Origin: Candidatus Sumerlaeia bacterium
GTDB lineage: Bacteria > Sumerlaeota > Sumerlaeia > SLMS01
Length of the DNA stretch: 21,599 nt
Direction of reading: 5' to 3'
Assembly: GCA_038208905.1 (NCBI GenBank)
Contig: JBBQYG010000057.1
Span: forward strand, 1 to 21,599
Shown one piece after another: positions 17,260 to 21,599 of this stretch. The notes beneath the pieces are model-generated. The model worked only from the letters and a program-made list of their open reading frames with translations. It was not told the origin of the DNA and did not search any database. The number at the start of each line of letters is the position of its first letter. The stretch's first letter is position 1. A program made the translations under genes and the position numbers.

Positions 17260-18807
17260 TCAAACCCGCTTGAACATCGAGTACCCCGGCCCGGCGCCCC
17301 GATCCACCGTCCGGAACAGGCGGACGGAGCGGGGGGGGAGCTTACACTCGATGAGGCCGCTGCGGATGACGGCGTGGTCGCCGGTCAGCAGGCACTCCAT
17401 CGGGGCGGCGTCCATGAGGCGCGATTCGCGGATGGGGACGATCTCGTCCACGGGGGCGTTGGTGGGATTCACCACGGCGATCATCGTCTCCCGGGCGCGG
17501 TCCGTCCGCCGGATAAAGGCGACCAATTGCGTCGCATCGAGGACGCGGCAGTCGCCGATGGCGAGGGCGGGGTTCTCCTTGCGCAACGCGATCAGGCGCC
17601 GCATGTGCGCAAGCTCCGCATTGTCGTCGGAAAGCAGGTCCCACCGCATCGGCGCGCGGTTGGTGGGATCGGCGCCGCCCTCCATGCCAAGCTCGCTGCC
17701 GTAATAGATCACCGGACTGCCGGGAAGCGTGAATTGCAGGAACGCGGCGATGTGGCGGTCCTCCGCGGAGGGAAGAATCGTGGTGATGCGCGGCGTATCG
17801 TGGTTGTCCAGGACGAGGTGGCTGCGCAGGAGGCCCTCGATCCCGCAGTCGGCGATCAGGCGGTCCACAACGCGTCCAAAGGCCGCGGGGGCCATGCGCC
17901 CCTTCAGCAGTTCCACGATCAGGTTGCCCGTGTGCAGGTTCAGGATGCCATCGACGGAGCGGAGCCAGTCCTCGGGATAGTTCCAGCATTCGCCAATGAT
18001 GGCCGAATCGGAACGCGTTTCGTGGGCGGCGGCGGTCAACTCCTTCAGATAGGCGAACCCGATGTCGGGCGCCACGTCGAGCCGCCAGCCATCGATGCCG
18101 ACCTCGCGAAGGTACCACCGCACGATGCTGTTCTCGCCGCTCCACAGGAACTCGCGGACCTCGGAGTTTTCGAGGTTTAGCTCGGGAAGGTTCGGGACGT
18201 TTCTCCACGCGAGATAGCCGTTGCGGTACTCCTCGCCGAAGGTGAAGAAATCGCGCTCGGGACCGGACGGATCGGCGAGGGCGCGCTGGAAGAGCGGCGC
18301 GCGGCGCCCCATGTGGTTGAAGACGCCGTCGAGCATGAGCTTCATGCCGCGGCGGTGGAGTTCCCCGGCGAGGGACTTCAGTTCCTCCACGGTGCCGAAC
18401 TGCGGGTCCACGCGGCGAAAGTCGCTGGCGTCGTACTTGTGGTTGGTGAAGGCCTCGAAAACGGGGTTCAGATAGAGAACGTCGATCCCGAGGGTGTGGA
18501 CGTAGTCGAGACGCTGGGCCAGCGAGTCGAGATCGCCGCCCCAGAAGTCGAGCTCGGCATGGGCGTTGCGCTCTTCGGCGTTATGGCCGCGCGCGGCGGG
18601 AAGTTCCTCCCACGGGCGGAGGGTGCGCGGGGCGGCGTAGAGATGGCGCTTACCCTCTATCCGGCGCGACGGCGCGAAGCGGTCCAGGAATACCTGGTAC
18701 ACGACGCCCCCGAACCGCCAGTCGTTGCGGCGCGCGTCGAAGGCGCCGGGCATAACGGCTGGCTGGGCGTTGGGAGTGGGGGAATTGCGGGTGGAAACGG
18801 TGGTCAT
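17260..18807 (-). CDS. Cytoplasmic GH13 glycosidase (neopullulanase/cyclomaltodextrinase/maltodextrin glucosidase-like)
   Basis: VYQVFLDRF, GGDLD, YLNPVF, NHKYD, DGVFNH, LPELN, DGWRLDVA, IIGECW, LDNHDTPR, YYGSELG. No signal peptide. Start 18807 (AGGA upstream) or 18816. Confidence 0.94.
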   Translation of the reverse strand: MTTVSTRNSPTPNAQPAVMPGAFDARRNDWRFGGVVYQVFLDRFAPSRRIEGKRHLYAAPRTLRPWEELPAARGHNAEERNAHAELDFWGGDLDSLAQRLDYVHTLGIDVLYLNPVFEAFTNHKYDASDFRRVDPQFGTVEELKSLAGELHRRGMKLMLDGVFNHMGRRAPLFQRALADPSGPERDFFTFGEEYRNGYLAWRNVPNLPELNLENSEVREFLWSGENSIVRWYLREVGIDGWRLDVAPDIGFAYLKELTAAAHETRSDSAIIGECWNYPEDWLRSVDGILNLHTGNLIVELLKGRMAPAAFGRVVDRLIADCGIEGLLRSHLVLDNHDTPRITTILPSAEDRHIAAFLQFTLPGSPVIYYGSELGMEGGADPTNRAPMRWDLLSDDNAELAHMRRLIALRKENPALAIGDCRVLDATQLVAFIRRTDRARETMIAVVNPTNAPVDEIVPIRESRLMDAAPMECLLTGDHAVIRSGLIECKLPPRSVRLFRTVDRGAGPGYSMFKRV

Positions 18808-18818
18808 GGGGGCCATCC

Positions 18819-18836
18819 TGTGCAAATCATTGCGCA
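18819..18836. promoter_or_regulatory. Putative operator (imperfect palindrome) in the divergent GH13/esterase promoter
   Basis: TGTGCAAATCATTGCGCA; additional TGTGCAA copies at 18848 and 18929. Confidence 0.45.
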
Positions 18837-18879
18837 AGTCCGGCAATTGTGCAAATTCCCGAATCGCGAGGAAGAACAC

Positions 18880-20337
18880 ATGCAACACAAGCCCAAGGCA
18901 AGCCCCATTCATTGGTCGGCTGGAATTCTGTGCAAGTTTGCGCAAACCAGTGTCCTCGCGGTGATTCCCGTAATTTCCCATGCGGAGATCATGGAATACT
19001 CCTACCCCGCCATCCCTCTTTCAGAAGGCGAGGCGGTTTTCCTCCAGTCTGGGCACCCGTGGTTTGGACCGGGAGAGTTCCCCGGCTCCCTGCGCATGGT
19101 GCCCTCAGCCGACGGCAACTGGTCCCTTCGGCTCGACGTGCCCGGGGAGATTGACCTGGGTGCGACAGCGATTGCGCGGGACAGCTCGCCGGGGCGGATC
19201 GCGGATGTCTCCAATGGGCGTCGCCTATCGGGGGCCCCGGTTGGCGCCGTTCTCGAGGGCCCGGGAACCGGGGCCTGGCCGGTGGCCGTTACCGTGGTCA
19301 CCGACCTGCCGATCAATGAGCTTATCGCGCGCGCGGAAGGCGGGCCACCCTGGGAGCAGGTTTGCCCGGAGCCCGCGGCGAAGGTGGACGGCGCGTGGGA
19401 ATTCAGATTCGCCGTTCCCCGGGAATCCGTGGCCTGGCGGGGGGGACTTCGGATCGAAATGGAAGGCACAGCCTGGCCCGAGGCCGGCGCGCTCCGGCTG
19501 GGGGCGACGCAGGCGCTCTGGATTCGCCACGGCCAGGCATTCCATTACTCCCCCGCCGCGGTGCCACCCTCGCCGCCCCGCCAGGAAGGCTTCACCATCG
19601 TTCCCTCGGACCGGCTCCTTCCGGGCCGCAGGATTCGCGTGCTGCTGCCGCGCGGCTATGACGAGAACGGCGACCGGCGCTATCCCGTGCTCTATGCCGA
19701 AGACGGCCAGAACGCGTTTTCCCCCGGGGGGAGCTTCGGTTCGTGGGACCTCGACCTGATCGCGATGGACCTGATCGCGCGCGGTGAGATTCCCGAGGTC
19801 ATCGTGGTGGCCATCGACAACAGCCCGGCCCGCAGGAGGGAGTACATGCCGGCACACGTGCCGAACCTTGGCGGCGCCGCGGGCGATTATCTCGCGATGC
19901 TCCGCGACGAGGCGATTCCCGAGATCGACCGCCGCTTTCGCACTCTGCCGGGCGGGGAGCACCGCGCGCACCTTGGCAGCTCGCTTGGCGGAATCCTCGG
20001 CTGGCACGCGGCGGCGGAGTTTCCCGGCCTCTTCGGCACTGTCGTCGCGATGTCGCCGAGTTTTCTGCTCGACCGCGAAGGTTGCGCGGCCCAGGCGGCG
20101 ACGGTGCGCGCGTCGGGGGTGCGGCTGTGGATCGATTCGGGGACCGAGGGCGCGAGCCGCGATGGCTATGAAGCCACGATGGCGATTCGCGATGCGTTGC
20201 TGGACGCCGGGTGGAGCCTTGGCCGCGACTTCCTCCACCAGACCGGGCCCGGCCAGGGGCACAACGAGGCAGCCTGGCGCAGCCGGTTGCCCGATGCGTT
20301 GCGATGGGCATACGCGAACCCATCACCCGCCGAATAG
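18880..20337 (+). CDS. Putative esterase (alpha/beta hydrolase, Fes/IroE-like) with a degenerate CBM20-like N-terminal domain
   Basis: GAGGA RBS before ATG 18880. Motifs RRIRVLLPRGY, RYPVLYAEDGQN, IVVAIDN, nucleophile elbow GSSLGG, WIDSG, GHNEAAWRSRL. The N-terminal GEAVFLQSGHPWFG...MVPSADGNWSLRLDVP echoes CBM20. Confidence 0.85.
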   Translation: MQHKPKASPIHWSAGILCKFAQTSVLAVIPVISHAEIMEYSYPAIPLSEGEAVFLQSGHPWFGPGEFPGSLRMVPSADGNWSLRLDVPGEIDLGATAIARDSSPGRIADVSNGRRLSGAPVGAVLEGPGTGAWPVAVTVVTDLPINELIARAEGGPPWEQVCPEPAAKVDGAWEFRFAVPRESVAWRGGLRIEMEGTAWPEAGALRLGATQALWIRHGQAFHYSPAAVPPSPPRQEGFTIVPSDRLLPGRRIRVLLPRGYDENGDRRYPVLYAEDGQNAFSPGGSFGSWDLDLIAMDLIARGEIPEVIVVAIDNSPARRREYMPAHVPNLGGAAGDYLAMLRDEAIPEIDRRFRTLPGGEHRAHLGSSLGGILGWHAAAEFPGLFGTVVAMSPSFLLDREGCAAQAATVRASGVRLWIDSGTEGASRDGYEATMAIRDALLDAGWSLGRDFLHQTGPGQGHNEAAWRSRLPDALRWAYANPSPAE

Positions 20338-21138
20338 AAATCTCAGCGGCGCGCCGAGCCGACGATTCCACTGGAATTCGTTGTGCTGGTTGAAGCGCGC
20401 CGTCTCCCACTTGTCGGGCTTCACGAGGGAACCCGCAAGGTCGGCATCCGTTGGGAACCACGTGTCCACCTTCCACACCAGGTCGGCGTCCTCGACGAAG
20501 CCAAGCCTCAGCAGTTCCATCCGGGCCAGCAGCATCCCCCGGTGGCCATCGTCCAGACCGCGCCAGTCGCGGATGCCGCTATCCATGTAGACTCGGATCG
20601 GCGGGCGCGACGCCATGGGGCGCAGGACCTCGTGGATATACGCGTTGTTCTCGTGTTCGAACCACGGAGAGATGCAGGCGGCGGCGCCGAACTCGCCGGG
20701 GTTGTTGGCGGCGAGGGCGAAGCTGACAAGGCCGCCCATGCTGCTCCCCATCAGCGCACGGTTTTCGGGCTCCGCGAGCACGGGGAACTCCGCGCCGATC
20801 CACGGGAGCAACTCCTCCACGATCATCATCTGGTAGGCGGCGAACTCCGTGGTGATCGGAGAGTACTCTTTCCTGCGGGCCGGCGAATTGTCGATCCCCA
20901 CCACGAGCGGCGGGCGGATCGCACCGTCGCGCGCGAGGCGCTCGATCCACGCATCCACTCCCCACGAGCCATAGGGCAATTCTTCTTCGCGGTCGGTGAA
21001 CGCGAGCTGGCCGTCCTGCTGCAAGAGGAGGGGATACGGCGGCGGGAACTCCGTCGGGTCGGGCGACCAGACGCGGATCTTCCGCTTCCGGCCAAGGATG
21101 GCGGATTCGATGGCATGGGATTCAGGTGGGCGGGGCAT
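20323..21138 (-). CDS. Putative esterase (alpha/beta hydrolase, Fes/IroE-like)
   Basis: RKIRVWSP, YPLLLQQDGQ, LVVGIDN, GSSMGG, YMDSG, HNEFQWNRRL. No signal peptide. Its 3' end overlaps the convergent esterase by 15 bp. Confidence 0.9.
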   Translation of the reverse strand: MPRPPESHAIESAILGRKRKIRVWSPDPTEFPPPYPLLLQQDGQLAFTDREEELPYGSWGVDAWIERLARDGAIRPPLVVGIDNSPARRKEYSPITTEFAAYQMMIVEELLPWIGAEFPVLAEPENRALMGSSMGGLVSFALAANNPGEFGAAACISPWFEHENNAYIHEVLRPMASRPPIRVYMDSGIRDWRGLDDGHRGMLLARMELLRLGFVEDADLVWKVDTWFPTDADLAGSLVKPDKWETARFNQHNEFQWNRRLGAPLRFLFGG

Positions 21139-21197
21139 GGGGAAGCATCCGGGCGGCAGGCGGGGCGGGCTCAAGCGCAGAATGGCCCGAGGCGCTG

Positions 21198-21527
21198 TTG
21201 AGCGAGGCCCGACAGGGATTCTGCAACTATTCCGGCGACTATTTCACGGGCCGGGCCTATGACGCGGCCCAGGACGGCGACTTGGTGGCCTTCGAAGCGA
21301 CCAGCAAAGCCCTTCAAGCTGTTGGGGGCTGGCACACCCGCAGCCGCGGCCCGGACGGCGACTATGAGCGCCGCAGCGATGGCTGGGCTGACTTTATCCG
21401 CTTTCGCGGCCAGGCTTGCGCGGGAACGACGACGAATGGCGGCATCAACGCCAACTATGATCCTTCCAACGGAACCATCAGCAGCGGCGATGTTGCCCGT
21501 TTCGGCAAGGGTAAGCAGTTCATCTAG
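21198..21527 (+). pseudogene. C-terminal fragment of a prepilin-like protein lacking the N-terminal methylation helix
   Basis: W...SRGPDG...YDPSNGTISSGDVARF parallels W...SAGPDR...YDPTNGTVSKGDIART of 12200..12874. There is no GFTLIE segment and no room for one, because the esterase gene starts at 21138 on the other strand. The 5' boundary is uncertain (in-frame TTG at 21198). Confidence 0.7.
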
Positions 21528-21599
21528 TGTCCCATCCGGCCAGTTCTACGCAGTACCCGGGCCCTCGATCTTGGGGTAGAGCCGTTTGAGCTTGATGCG
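21525..21599 (-). mobile_element. End of an IS630-family insertion sequence (transposase C-terminus 21546..>21599)
   Basis: The minus strand reads RIKLKRLYPKIEGPGTA-stop. RIKLKRLYP is the typical C-terminal motif of one IS630 transposase group. A CTAG/TA site lies about 20 bp after the stop, consistent with IS630 TA targeting. Only 75 bp are visible. Confidence 0.75.

Noticed and set aside
17331-17338. G8 tract in the GH13 gene
   Set aside because: Encodes Leu-Pro-Pro in frame near the C-terminus; no sign of a frameshift.
18313-18879. 5' extension of the esterase ORF
   Set aside because: Overlaps the GH13 gene on the opposite strand; a good RBS supports ATG 18880.

Overview
GC-rich bacterial window. 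The prepilin-like protein family (GFTLIELLIVVAIIAILAAIAVPNFLEAQ...YDPTNGTVSKGDI) and a kinase-WD40 fusion suggest a PVC-like or Sumerlaeota (BRC1)-like organism; this is an inference, not verified. Left part: a two-component pair (sigma-54 response regulator plus a His-rich membrane histidine kinase cut by the window edge), a divergent Ser/Thr kinase-TM-WD40 gene and a secreted Kelch/thioredoxin-like protein. From about 7.5 to 21.1 kb: a probable alpha-glucan (starch/glycogen/maltodextrin) utilization locus. It holds an ATPase-less sugar ABC transporter whose MalG-type permease carries a CBM48-like insertion, a co-transcribed GNAT, a CBM48-GH13 lipoprotein, a cytoplasmic neopullulanase-like GH13 and two esterases (one with a CBM20-like N-terminus). 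It also holds a secreted protein with a possible C-terminal sorting motif, a pilin-like gene and a DUF5989/SxtK-like small protein, and a TGTGCAA motif recurs in its promoter regions. At the right end a headless pilin fragment abuts the end of an IS630-family element. No rRNA, tRNA or CRISPR array was seen.
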